A stretch of DNA of 58,421 nt from a virus. Taxonomy: Duplodnaviria > Caudoviricetes. Positions 1 through 9,715 of this stretch are shown piece after piece (position 1 is the first letter of the stretch; every line of letters begins with the position of its first letter). The position numbers were made by a program, and so were the translations under genes. The stretch covers positions 1 through 58,421 of IMG/VR virus record IMGVR_UViG_3300032284_001308. One strand, 5' to 3'. The notes under the pieces are model-generated. The model ran no database searches. It was not told the origin of the DNA and saw only the letters and a program-made list of their open reading frames with translations.

Positions 1-68
1 ACTCTTTACGAATTTTATCAACAAAAGATTTTTCGGGTCGGCTATCGAAACAATCATCCTACTTGGCA

Positions 69-97
69 TTGCAGAGTACCGAACCTATAGCCATAAT
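69..97 (+). promoter_or_regulatory. Putative sigma70 promoter for packaging operon
   Basis: TTGCAG-17 nt-CATAAT upstream of AAGGAG RBS and ATG at 125. Confidence 0.5.
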
Positions 98-124
98 GGC
101 GGTTAAGCTGAAAGGAGTGACGCT

Positions 125-550
125 ATGGGCGGCAGAGGAAGCGGCCAATATCCGGGAAACGCGAACCAACGCGGTGGAAAAACCAAGAAGTCAGCGATAG
201 ACGTTGTCGGTCGCGGCCATCCTGTAATGCCTGCGGATTTTCCAGAAGAGGCGAAGGACTTCTGGTATGATATAGTCGATCAGACAGACGGCGTAGCTTT
301 TTCGCAAGACTCCGCAGCCATTGCTACACTAGCCGGATATTACTGGCGTCGGACTAAATTCGATGAAGCGCTGCGGCAAGATCCGTTAGATCACCAATTG
401 AATGTTGACGCAAACTCGCTCGACCGCTGCATCCTGCGTATGTGGGAGAAGTTCGGTCTGACCCCAAGGGATAGGCAAGTGTTAGTCGTTCCCACAGAAG
501 AGGTTGAGGAACTGGACGAACTGGAAAAGCTACAGCAGTTCGGGACGTGA
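125..550 (+). CDS. terS: Terminase small subunit (P27-family-like)
   Basis: N-terminal MGGRGSG, EAKDFW and C-terminal KFGLTPRDR motifs; upstream of terL; AAGGAG RBS. Confidence 0.85.
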   Translation: MGGRGSGQYPGNANQRGGKTKKSAIDVVGRGHPVMPADFPEEAKDFWYDIVDQTDGVAFSQDSAAIATLAGYYWRRTKFDEALRQDPLDHQLNVDANSLDRCILRMWEKFGLTPRDRQVLVVPTEEVEELDELEKLQQFGT

Positions 551-572
551 ATGTCTAAAATTTTAGACATTC
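549..572. repeat. Perfect 24-bp palindrome GAATGTCTAAAATTTTAGACATTC (copy 1 of 18-bp core)
   Basis: Read directly; core recurs at 22170, 26146, 45653. Confidence 0.9.
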
Positions 573-581
573 CGGCGGATG

Positions 582-608
582 AAAAGTTCCCCTAAAAGGG
601 AAGTTTTG
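582..608. repeat. Imperfect palindrome AAAAGTTCCCCTAAAAGGGAAGTTTTG
   Basis: 25/27 identical to 32747-32773 inside CDS 32480-33418. Confidence 0.85.
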
Positions 609-609
609 A

Positions 610-990
610 ATGGCAAATGCACCCAAGTATCGGCGGCTGAAAACGAGCGAGCAGCGTCAGCCGTGCGTTCGCGAGAAGTCTGCTGCCGAGCGTGGTTACG
701 ACAACTATTGGTCAACGGTGATTGCTCCTGCGGTTCGTGAGCGGGATGAGTGGCTATGTCAGGAATGCTTGCGTGAGGGCGGCTTAGGCATGGCGATGGA
801 AGAGATGATGTCGCGTCCGAGGACCAAGACTGGCAAGACACTGGAGCCAATCGTGGACCATATTGTCCCGGCACACAGGCGTCCGATGTCGCAGTTTCAC
901 GATTGGGATAACTTGCAAACCATCTGCTTTCGTCATCATGCGTTGAAGACGGCGGATGACCTCAAGAAGTATGGAGCGGCCCCGCGATGA
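610..990 (+). CDS. HNH endonuclease (packaging-associated)
   Basis: SAAERGYD, RDEWLCQEC, VDHIVP, NLQTICFRHHALKT motifs. Confidence 0.9.
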   Translation: MANAPKYRRLKTSEQRQPCVREKSAAERGYDNYWSTVIAPAVRERDEWLCQECLREGGLGMAMEEMMSRPRTKTGKTLEPIVDHIVPAHRRPMSQFHDWDNLQTICFRHHALKTADDLKKYGAAPR

Positions 991-1175
991 ATCCCGACGA
1001 ACTCCGCTACCACATCTCCATGACCCGATCCGGTAACGCGGACAGCGAGAAGTTCTTACGTGTTGCGATTGTGCTTGCGGCTGATTTATTGCCGGTGGAA
1101 GTGGTTGTGGAGATGTGCGACGAGTGGGCGCACTATGAGGATCTGGCGTTGAAAGCGGGGGCGAAAACGAGATGA
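987..1175 (+). CDS. Hypothetical protein
   Basis: ATGA overlap with HNH stop. Confidence 0.55.
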   Translation: MNPDELRYHISMTRSGNADSEKFLRVAIVLAADLLPVEVVVEMCDEWAHYEDLALKAGAKTR

Positions 1176-1231
1176 CATCCGATGACGAAAATGAACATTG
1201 AGTTCGTGCCCGGCTCATTTCCCATTGTGCG

Positions 1232-3100
1232 ATGCGATTTTGTCGCCGCGATGCCAAAGGTCTCCGATTGACTCACGCAGAAGACGTCCAGAAGTATATC
1301 GACGGCGTTCTCGACGGCTCGATTGTGACGGGTCGGCTTGAACGCTTGGCGGTATGGCGGCACGTCGATGACATTGAGAAATGGAAAAACGATCCGTCGT
1401 ATCCATTTGAGTTCAGTGAAGCGATTGCTGACAAGTCAATTCGGTTTTCATCAATGTGTCGCCAGTTCGAGGGCGAGTGGGCGAATCATCCGCTGCAACT
1501 AAGACGCGATCAAAAGTTCGTAGTCTGGTGCATGATGGGGTGGCGTCGAAAAGAAGATAAGCTGCGACGGTTCCGACAAGTGCAATGGGAGATGGCCAGG
1601 AAGGGGGGCAAGTCGACTGTAACGGCTTATTTGGCTTGTTTGCTGCTGTTTTGCGATACCCCAATTGAGGAAGGGGCACAAATCTATGTCGCGGCCACAA
1701 AGCAAAAACAGGCAAAAATCGTCTGGAACCATGCGTTAAAGATGATCGAAAAAAGCCCTGATTTGAGGAAGTTATGCACTATCACTCCGTCGCAAAACTT
1801 CATTCAGTATGACGCTAAAAACTCTCGGTTTGAACCCCTTGCGGCAGACAAAACCCCTGACGGCTTCAATCCTCATTGCATCATAAAGGACGAAGAACAC
1901 GCATGGCGGCAGGAACATCGCAGCCAAGCCGAAACACTCGCTTCCGGTTTCGGTGCTCGAATGCAACCGATCACGATCACGATTACGACGTATGGTGACA
2001 CTGACTCACTGATCTGGAAAGAAAATCACGACTATGCCGTGCGATGTCTCGAATCCGTGATCGACGGAAATATCGTCGACGATTCGTGGTTCGCGTTTAT
2101 ATGTGCTCTCGACTATCGGACGGCAGATTCGCAGCCGGTTCCGTGCTTCAGATGCAAGGGCGAGAACTGTCCGTGGTGCGGCGGTGCGGGTGAATTGCCG
2201 ATAGACGATCCGTTCGATGAAAAGGTTTGGATCAAGGCGAATCCCGGCATCGGTCCCGGCAAAGGATACACGCCGAAGCTGCATATCATGCAAGGCGATG
2301 CGTTGCTGGCAAAACAGCGGCCAGACAAGCTGTCGGAGTTCCTTCAGAAGAACTGCAATATCATCGTCGCGTCGGGGTTCAGGCTGTTGACTCCGGACTC
2401 GTGGGCGAAGTCTGCTGGTGAGCTGTCGCTGTTGTCGACGGTCACAGGGCATGCCGCTATCGACCTCGGAAGAACTAACGACTTCGCATCCATCGCGGGA
2501 GTCTGGTCATTCACGGAAACTGATGACGATGGCGAGAACTTTGTCCGATACGAAGCACTGACGAAAAGCTGGACCGTCGAGGACCGTCCGAAAGAGTTGC
2601 AACTGTCCATGATTGATACCTGGATCGGCAACGGAGACATCATCGCCTCGCACGGTGACGCGGTTGATTTTCTCGACGTTTATGACACTTGCAAGGAATG
2701 GCACAGCGAATATTCAATCCGGACGTGGGCATACGACAAAACCTACGCTCACCAACTGGCACAAATGTTGACTGCGGACGGATTGGAGATGTTTGTTTTT
2801 GGCCAGTCGCACAAGTTCTATACAGCACCGATCAAGGAATTACTGCGGTGCGTCGGTAAAACTAGGACTGTAAACGGCGTCGAGGTTCCGCTGTTCAAGC
2901 ACAATGGCAATCCATGTCTCGCGTGGCAGGCCGGTAATCTGTGCGTCGACAAGAACACGCGAGGCGAAATGATGCCGGATAAATCTCAGGACATCAACAA
3001 AATCGACGCGATGGTGGCTGTTCTGATGGCACTCAGCGAGTGTTTGTACCACCAAGACGACGGCGTATGGAACTATCAACCAGGATCTCTCGCATTATAG
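1232..3100 (+). CDS. terL: Terminase large subunit (true start possibly TTG 1268)
   Basis: Walker A ARKGGKS, Walker B IIKDEEH, IDLG nuclease motif, KIDAMVA C-terminus. Confidence 0.97.
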   Translation: MRFCRRDAKGLRLTHAEDVQKYIDGVLDGSIVTGRLERLAVWRHVDDIEKWKNDPSYPFEFSEAIADKSIRFSSMCRQFEGEWANHPLQLRRDQKFVVWCMMGWRRKEDKLRRFRQVQWEMARKGGKSTVTAYLACLLLFCDTPIEEGAQIYVAATKQKQAKIVWNHALKMIEKSPDLRKLCTITPSQNFIQYDAKNSRFEPLAADKTPDGFNPHCIIKDEEHAWRQEHRSQAETLASGFGARMQPITITITTYGDTDSLIWKENHDYAVRCLESVIDGNIVDDSWFAFICALDYRTADSQPVPCFRCKGENCPWCGGAGELPIDDPFDEKVWIKANPGIGPGKGYTPKLHIMQGDALLAKQRPDKLSEFLQKNCNIIVASGFRLLTPDSWAKSAGELSLLSTVTGHAAIDLGRTNDFASIAGVWSFTETDDDGENFVRYEALTKSWTVEDRPKELQLSMIDTWIGNGDIIASHGDAVDFLDVYDTCKEWHSEYSIRTWAYDKTYAHQLAQMLTADGLEMFVFGQSHKFYTAPIKELLRCVGKTRTVNGVEVPLFKHNGNPCLAWQAGNLCVDKNTRGEMMPDKSQDINKIDAMVAVLMALSECLYHQDDGVWNYQPGSLAL

Positions 3101-3110
3101 GAAAGTGGTA

Positions 3111-3278
3111 ATGACGGCAGCAGTTCAGGCGGTTATACTTTTCGTGTCGTTGTCAATGCTAAGTTACGGATTGTGGTTGATTTCACCCGCGTCAATGTTT
3201 ATTGGCGTTGGATCGCTCCTGTTATTGCTCATTATCGTCACGCGATTGTTGCACGCTTCCGCACCTAAGAGGTCTTGA
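3111..3278 (+). CDS. Small two-TM membrane protein between terL and portal
   Basis: Hand-translated 55-aa hydrophobic ORF MTAAVQAVILFVSLS..., below ORF-track cutoff; usual position in HK97-like phages. Confidence 0.7.
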   Translation: MTAAVQAVILFVSLSMLSYGLWLISPASMFIGVGSLLLLLIIVTRLLHASAPKRS

Positions 3279-3280
3279 AA

Positions 3281-4987
3281 ATGCTCGGCGCAATCCTTGA
3301 CGCACTTGTTCCGGGACGCAGTTCGTATGACTGGATGGATGACCCTGCGAACATGTCGCCAGCGGGTCAGTTCTGGTATACGCCGCTCGGCATTCCTGAA
3401 ATGGCGGGGCAACCGACCGCTAACAGCCATTTGTTCGTTGGCGGATGCTTTGCTGCGACACGATTGCTTTGCGGTATCGGCGCGACGTCTCCCTTGAACC
3501 TTGTGCGAAAAACGGTTGTGAATGGTCGTATCGTCCGCGAAGTGCAGGACCAGCATCCAGTTCATCAGATTGTTAGCTTTCGACCGAACCTCGATCAAAC
3601 CGCCGTGCAATGGAAAGCACAGCAGATCGCATGGCAAGTCAATTGGGGTACGACGTTCTCGGAAATCCAGCGGGACATCTCAACTGATGTTCCAATGTAC
3701 TTAAATTCGATTCATCCTCGGCGAATGCGACCGTTTCGCGATATTGATAAGGATCTTTGGTGGCACGTCACAAATCCGGACGGTACACAATCGGACCTGA
3801 AGGATGGTGAGTTGGTGCGGGCACCGTACATCGTATCTGAGGACGGCGGAATTACTGGTCTTGGTGTTGCTTACCAGGCTCGCCGTTCAATCGGTCTGAA
3901 TCTGACGATGGAGCGGTCAGAACAACAGGCGTCGAAGGCTGGCGTGCCGCGAATCGTCGTCGAAACACCGAAAGTCATGTCAGAGGCATCTCGCGTCAAC
4001 TTCCGCCGTGAATGGAAGGAATTGTATGAGATGGGCGGCGAGGGCGTGGCATTGCTTACGGAAGGGTCGGTTGCCAAGCCGTTCGACTGGAAGATGACAG
4101 ACCAGCAGCACGTCCAGCGTCGAGAATTCCTGATCGAAGAGATTGCTCGATGGTACGACATTCCGTTGGCGATGTTGCGGCGGGCGATTAAGGAAATCTC
4201 GTCCAGTATCGAGCAGCAGGGTATCGACTTCAAGACTTACTCGCTGCGGTTTCTCGACATCTGGCTTCAGGAACTCGCGTACAAATTGCTGACGGAACAG
4301 GAGCGTCGGGACGGGTATTACTTCGCGTTCGACTTCTCGGATCTCCTGCGTGGCGATTTGGCGGCTCTGAGCGAGTTCTACCGTTCGATGAACGCAATCG
4401 GTGTCTATTCCGCCAACGATATCCTCGACAAGCTCGGGGAGAATCCGCACGACAAAGGGGATACCTACTTTGTGCAGGGTGCAATGCGTCCGATTGACGA
4501 GCCATACAATGCCACGGAACCGCAAACGCCACCAGTTGACCCCAATAATGGCAAGAAAGAACCTGGGTCGGAGTCGATCGAGGTTCCCATCACGATCTCC
4601 ACTGGACAGAATGAAGCGGTCGTGAAAGCCGTCAATATCATGCTGAAGGATACGCTTTCACGGTTCTCAACGAAGGAAATTAAGGCGGTTTCGACGGCGG
4701 CGACGAAGCCGAAAGAATTCACAGACTTCATCGAGACGTTTTACGAAAAGCACCAGTCTCAAATGCAGGAAGCATTGACGGCAGTTTGTACGGCTTCGCA
4801 GGCGATTGGTGGTGAACATTCCGAATGGTCGATCTCGACCGAATGGTGCTTGGCGTCGAAGGCCGACCTCATAAAAGTGTCGGAAACGGCGACGATGGCA
4901 ACGCTGTCTGACGAAGTGGCGAAACAACTCGAATCATGGCCGAATCGAATCGAATCTTACGTGAAGGAAGTCTCATGCACCCACTGA
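3281..4987 (+). CDS. Portal protein (HK97 family) with C-terminal extension
   Basis: IHPRRM, EEIARWYDIP, IEQQGIDF, LLRGD, GVYSAND motifs. Confidence 0.95.
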   Translation: MLGAILDALVPGRSSYDWMDDPANMSPAGQFWYTPLGIPEMAGQPTANSHLFVGGCFAATRLLCGIGATSPLNLVRKTVVNGRIVREVQDQHPVHQIVSFRPNLDQTAVQWKAQQIAWQVNWGTTFSEIQRDISTDVPMYLNSIHPRRMRPFRDIDKDLWWHVTNPDGTQSDLKDGELVRAPYIVSEDGGITGLGVAYQARRSIGLNLTMERSEQQASKAGVPRIVVETPKVMSEASRVNFRREWKELYEMGGEGVALLTEGSVAKPFDWKMTDQQHVQRREFLIEEIARWYDIPLAMLRRAIKEISSSIEQQGIDFKTYSLRFLDIWLQELAYKLLTEQERRDGYYFAFDFSDLLRGDLAALSEFYRSMNAIGVYSANDILDKLGENPHDKGDTYFVQGAMRPIDEPYNATEPQTPPVDPNNGKKEPGSESIEVPITISTGQNEAVVKAVNIMLKDTLSRFSTKEIKAVSTAATKPKEFTDFIETFYEKHQSQMQEALTAVCTASQAIGGEHSEWSISTEWCLASKADLIKVSETATMATLSDEVAKQLESWPNRIESYVKEVSCTH

Positions 4988-5922
4988 TTAAGTCGTTTCT
5001 CGCCGGTCCCTATATGCTGTCATCGACGTATGAGGCATTGCTTCAAAAAATGGATCAGCCTCGCAAACTTTTCGATGCTCCGTGTCCATTGACGGCGGCG
5101 ACGAAAGCAGCGACGGCGGCGCGACAGCAGCCGAAGTCAGCGAAGTATACGGCGGTGTTGCCGATGTTCGGGATGATCGACCAGCACGGCGGATGGATAG
5201 TGGACATGATGGGCGGGACGTCTCTCGCATCGTTAAATGAAGCGTTCGACCTTTGCATGAGCGAGGATCGAATCTCGAATGTTATGTTGCACGTCCACAG
5301 TCCAGGCGGAAGCGTCTATGGCGTCAAGGAAATGGCGGACAAGATCCATGCGGCGCGCGGTACAAAGCCCGTGTGCGCGGTCGCCAACTCAATGATGGCA
5401 TCGGCAGCGTATTACATTGGGTCGGCGTGTGACAGGGTTTATGCGACAGTTGGGGCGGACGTCGGCTCTGTGGGCGTGTATCAAATGCACTTCAATTACT
5501 CCGCTGCATTGAAAGACGACGGGATTGAATGCACCATCATTCGCGAGCCTGAATTCAAGGCTGAAGGCAACCCGTATGAGCCATTGACTGATGAAGCAAC
5601 ACAGGAAATGAAGTCGGACGTACATCGGATCTATCAGCAGTTCACGTCTGATGTCGCCAGATATCGCGGAATGGATGTCGGCGTGGTCCGCGACACGTTC
5701 GGGAAGGGTCGCACGATGGATGCGGCGTCGGCACAGAAATGCGGGATGATTAACCGCGTAGCGACGTATGGCGACGTGCTCGCTCGGATGCAGGCGGGAA
5801 CGATTCGTCCAAGTTCCGGTAACGCCGCTGATGATGGATGGGATTCGCCGATGTTGGAAGATTTCAGCGATCAGCGTCGGCGCAAACTCAATCTGATTGG
5901 CGTGCGGTTCGACGAACGGTAA
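4975..5922 (+). CDS. Prohead protease, S49 (SppA/ClpP-like)
   Basis: HSPGGSV, MASAAYYIGS, VGSVGV, FKAEGNPYEPL. Confidence 0.93.
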   Translation: MHPLIKSFLAGPYMLSSTYEALLQKMDQPRKLFDAPCPLTAATKAATAARQQPKSAKYTAVLPMFGMIDQHGGWIVDMMGGTSLASLNEAFDLCMSEDRISNVMLHVHSPGGSVYGVKEMADKIHAARGTKPVCAVANSMMASAAYYIGSACDRVYATVGADVGSVGVYQMHFNYSAALKDDGIECTIIREPEFKAEGNPYEPLTDEATQEMKSDVHRIYQQFTSDVARYRGMDVGVVRDTFGKGRTMDAASAQKCGMINRVATYGDVLARMQAGTIRPSSGNAADDGWDSPMLEDFSDQRRRKLNLIGVRFDER

Positions 5923-6006
5923 TAGAAACAGTCGGCGTCACGGTGCTACCATGTACGTCCCGCGACGGCATTGTGCGACATCCGCCTGCGGGTACAACGC
6001 CGACTG

Positions 6007-6258
6007 CTAGTTACTCTCCGCGATCTTATCAATCGCCGCTTTCTTGCACGCATAGAAGATGCCGGGAAGGTGACGCCAGTATCGCCGATCCGACAAGAAC
6101 TCGCTCGACAGAAACAGTTTTTGCATGAACACGCTGTCTCGAAGTTCGCAGTTGATACCCTTCTCGACATCTTCAATCGCCCACACGCTGATTTGGTGGA
6201 ACAATCCCATGAACGAGATCAGGGCCGCGATTGCTTCGTTGGTTTCGCGTGTGTTCAA
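6007..6258 (-). CDS. Hypothetical protein in antisense insert
   Basis: ORF downstream of DUF1580-like gene; alternative frames exist. Confidence 0.45.
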   Translation of the reverse strand: MNTRETNEAIAALISFMGLFHQISVWAIEDVEKGINCELRDSVFMQKLFLSSEFLSDRRYWRHLPGIFYACKKAAIDKIAESN

Positions 6259-6324
6259 ACGTCACGTTTCCTAAAGAAGTGTTGTTCGCAGAACGCTCGA
6301 AATGGCGATTCTCTCCGCACGGAA

Positions 6325-6546
6325 TCACTCCCCATTCAGTTTCGCTAGGAATTCTTTCAGGTCGGATGCGAAGTAGACATACCGGCCACCTTCCTTACGT
6401 CGCGACAGTTTCACTGTTTCGCTACCAATCCGAATGCCGATTCGGGACCAGCGATAGACGGTTTGAACAGTCGGGCGGCACTCGCAAAGCTGTGCTATCT
6501 CTCCCGCAGACATCGATTGTGACGCGTCCGTGCTCATATCGGCCAT
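6325..6546 (-). CDS. DUF1580-like excisionase-type HTH protein
   Basis: RPTVQTVYRW..GIR...VKL.....GGR......LKEF pattern. Confidence 0.7.
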   Translation of the reverse strand: MADMSTDASQSMSAGEIAQLCECRPTVQTVYRWSRIGIRIGSETVKLSRRKEGGRYVYFASDLKEFLAKLNGE

Positions 6547-6829
6547 CTTAGCAATCTGAAAACTATGAACAAGCTGAAAACAATCGCTTGCGACAGATAT
6601 TTACAAAGTCGGTCGCATAGATAGACTCCAAGCACAATTTGAAAATGCTGGCACGAGTCGTACCGTCCTTTGATGAGTCGCCTGCCAGAACGATTACTCT
6701 GCTAATGCCGTTGCATGATGCGAGTTTTCAGGACGCAACCAAATCAAATGGCTGCGCCGGAAACCGTCAACGGCGTTCTCTCTCGCCCTTGTCTTGCGAG
6801 TTCCCGGTGCTCACTAAGGAATCAAGACA

Positions 6830-8188
6830 ATGGACCCTCGGATTCAAGCTCTCAATGACCGACGCACAGAACTGCATGGCAAATGCAAGGCGTTGTCCGA
6901 AAAGGAAACCGCAGGCACGGCGCTGACCGCCGAAGAAGTTGCTGAATTCGATGCGATGGTCGCCGAAATGGAAGCGATCCCCGCCAAGATTTCCGCCGTC
7001 CGCGAAGAAATCCGTGCTGCTGAACAACGACGCAATCGAGTCTCTTCGATGGCTAATACGCAAACCGCATCCCCACGGCGAACCGCTGGAGACTCATTGC
7101 CAAACGCTCCCGCGCCAATGGCAACGACCCCTGCGTGGGAAAACGATCCCGCCAAAGGATTCAAATCGCCTCGTGAGTTCATCCTCGCTGTTATCGATGT
7201 TGGGTCAAACTCATCCCGCATCGAGAACTATGACAATCTGAAATATTTGACCGCTGGTTCCGACGAACAACGCGGAAACAGCGATCCATACGGCGGATTC
7301 TTAGTGCCCGAGGCGTTCTCTCCAGACCTCTTGACTGTCAAGCCGGAAGATGATTGGCTCGCCGGAATGACAACCAAGATCCCAATGAAGTCGCCAATTG
7401 TACCGATTCCCGCACGAACCGACAAAGACCATACCACCAGCGTCAGCGGCGGCCTGACTGTCACCCGTAAGCCGGAAACGGTCGCAGCGACATCTTCCGT
7501 CATGCAGTTGGAACGCGTGGTCCTGAATGCCACAAATCTGTTCGGACTGTCCTATGCGTCGGAAGAAATTCTGACCGACTCGCCGATCTCGTTCGCCGCA
7601 ATCCTTGCTCAAGGTTACGGCCAGCAATTCGGTGCTCAGTTGATCAAGGAACGTCTCCGAGGAACTGGAGTTGGCGAATACCAGGGTGTTATCAACGCTC
7701 CCGGAACCGTCACTGTCTCGGCAATGTCCAACCAGCAAACAAAGACCATCACCAAAGAGAACATCGATCAGATGCACGCTCAGTGTTGGGGTTATGAAAA
7801 GGCTGTCTGGATCACGAACTATGACTGCTTGCCGCAGTTGTCGTCCATCGTCCAGAACATCGGCGTGGCCGGTTCGCTGGTGCCATACTTCCAGACCGAC
7901 ATGGCGTCTGGCAAGAGCTATCTGAAGGGGCGTCCCGTCATCTTCACCGAGTTCGCGTCAACGCTCGGGACTGTTGGCGACCTGATCCTCGGGAACTGGT
8001 CCGAATACCTCGAAGGCATCTACCAACCGATGCAGTCCGCCGAATCGATGCACGTTCGGTTCATCAATCACGAACGCACCTTCAAGTTCTGGACCAGAAA
8101 CGCTGGCCAGTTCTGGTGGAAATCGGCTCTGACCCCGCAGAACGGTGCCAACAAGCTGTCTCCAATGTGCGTCCTCGCGACTCGCTAA
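6830..8188 (+). CDS. Major capsid protein (HK97 fold) with N-terminal delta/scaffold region
   Basis: GGFLVPE, LKGRPV, GDLILGNWSEY; coiled-coil N-terminus. Confidence 0.95.
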   Translation: MDPRIQALNDRRTELHGKCKALSEKETAGTALTAEEVAEFDAMVAEMEAIPAKISAVREEIRAAEQRRNRVSSMANTQTASPRRTAGDSLPNAPAPMATTPAWENDPAKGFKSPREFILAVIDVGSNSSRIENYDNLKYLTAGSDEQRGNSDPYGGFLVPEAFSPDLLTVKPEDDWLAGMTTKIPMKSPIVPIPARTDKDHTTSVSGGLTVTRKPETVAATSSVMQLERVVLNATNLFGLSYASEEILTDSPISFAAILAQGYGQQFGAQLIKERLRGTGVGEYQGVINAPGTVTVSAMSNQQTKTITKENIDQMHAQCWGYEKAVWITNYDCLPQLSSIVQNIGVAGSLVPYFQTDMASGKSYLKGRPVIFTEFASTLGTVGDLILGNWSEYLEGIYQPMQSAESMHVRFINHERTFKFWTRNAGQFWWKSALTPQNGANKLSPMCVLATR

Positions 8189-8231
8189 TACTCGGTTTAA
8201 CTAACAACTCACTCCCAGCGGAGATTTTGCA

Positions 8232-8708
8232 ATGGCTTCAGCGGTTACAACTCAAAAGATCGGGGCGGAGCGTAACCTTCGCCAAGTGTTTCACGTTCCT
8301 GGTGCAACATCCGCAACGGTGTTGACGGACGGTTCGGCGACGTACTGGTTCGATATGACGGGGTACAATTGGGTCGGCTTTGTTGTCGGCACGGTGGTTT
8401 CCGCCAGTTCCAGCGGGCCAACTCTTTTGGAAATCGTCGCCGCAGACGACTCAAGCGGGACTAACACTGTGGCGGTGGTCACTTCGACAATCGCATCAAC
8501 CGCCGTGAACGGTTCATACTTCATCGAATGCTCGGCTGCTCAGGTGCGCGAAGTATCGGCGGCTGCTGGCTATACGAGCCGATATGTCTCGATCCGAATT
8601 ACGACCAGCAACTCTGGTGATAAGCAGTGTGTCCTGGTGGATCTCGATTACCCGCGAGCACCACAACTGAACCTGACCACAAACCATACCTCCGGCGTTT
8701 CTAACTGA
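8232..8708 (+). CDS. Putative head decoration/virion protein
   Basis: Directly after capsid gene; beta-rich, FDMTGY...RYVSIR pattern. Confidence 0.6.
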   Translation: MASAVTTQKIGAERNLRQVFHVPGATSATVLTDGSATYWFDMTGYNWVGFVVGTVVSASSSGPTLLEIVAADDSSGTNTVAVVTSTIASTAVNGSYFIECSAAQVREVSAAAGYTSRYVSIRITTSNSGDKQCVLVDLDYPRAPQLNLTTNHTSGVSN

Positions 8709-8719
8709 GGTCTGACCAA

Positions 8720-8917
8720 GTGGCTAACGAGAATCGCAATCAGGCGAAACAGCCGGTCGTGCAAAACGGGAGTGCCGTCGAGGAATTGGCGGCATCCCTG
8801 TTCGCTCGGAACTGGTCTCGCAACCTGCCGATCACTCCAGACGCATTCGCACTGGAGACACTGGAAGCGGCAAAGTCGTTTTACGACGCAGTTGCAAAAG
8901 TCAATAAACCCTCCTGA
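8720..8917 (+). CDS. Hypothetical protein
   Basis: GAGG RBS, tight gene packing. Confidence 0.6.
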   Translation: MANENRNQAKQPVVQNGSAVEELAASLFARNWSRNLPITPDAFALETLEAAKSFYDAVAKVNKPS

Positions 8918-8928
8918 CGGGAACGATC

Positions 8929-9699
8929 ATGGCATATCCTTATGGTACTCGCGGATACACAGATCCTGGAACGCGGCGGACTCGTTCGTGTGACCCGAAT
9001 CTATCCTCATACTGGTCAACGAGCTTGTGGAACACTTGCCCGCTGATGGAAGACGAATCGGCCATTGATATCCTTGCCACATGCAATGAGCAGTGGATGG
9101 GATTCAATACGGTTGCCAGCACTGGCGACTATACGCTGACTACCGTGACGTCTGGTACGGCGGCGATTTCGACATCGGAACCGGGTGTCTTGCAAATTGA
9201 CTGCGGTGCTGCGACTGCCGGTCAAGGATGCAATCTCCAGCGACAGAAATCGAACTTTGTACCCGCGCTGACTCGTGATATTTGGGCGGAATTCCGCGTC
9301 AAACTCGTCACATCAGTGAACTCACAGTTCTTCGTTGGTCTTGCTGCTGTCAGTACGACTGTGATCGCATCAAACGCTTTGTCCTCAGCGAATTGCATCG
9401 GGTTCTCCAGTGTGACCACTAACGGTGTGTTGCTGGCTACATCAGTTAAGGCATCGACCGCAGCAACCCAAACGGCGACGACGATGGTTGCGGGAACGTA
9501 TCAAAACCTCGGGTTTTATTACAACTCGACGGCGGATACGGTCCAGTTCTACGTCAATGGCAAACCGAATGGTGCAGTCATGACGACGACCAATATTCCG
9601 AAGGTCGCGTTGTCTCCGACGTTCGTTAATCAGGGCAGCGGAAGCGGTCAGCCGGTTCTGTATTGCAATTCTTACCGAGTCATGCAACGACGAACCTAA
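8929..9699 (+). CDS. Virion structural protein (lectin/jelly-roll-like)
   Basis: Thr/Ser beta-rich, VQFYVNG motif, head cluster. Confidence 0.6.
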   Translation: MAYPYGTRGYTDPGTRRTRSCDPNLSSYWSTSLWNTCPLMEDESAIDILATCNEQWMGFNTVASTGDYTLTTVTSGTAAISTSEPGVLQIDCGAATAGQGCNLQRQKSNFVPALTRDIWAEFRVKLVTSVNSQFFVGLAAVSTTVIASNALSSANCIGFSSVTTNGVLLATSVKASTAATQTATTMVAGTYQNLGFYYNSTADTVQFYVNGKPNGAVMTTTNIPKVALSPTFVNQGSGSGQPVLYCNSYRVMQRRT

Positions 9700-9715
9700 T
9701 AGTGAGGGGCGATAA

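Noticed and set aside
6668-6695. Hammerhead-like TGATGAG
   Set aside because: Lacks the CUGA core and a stem II followed by GAAA
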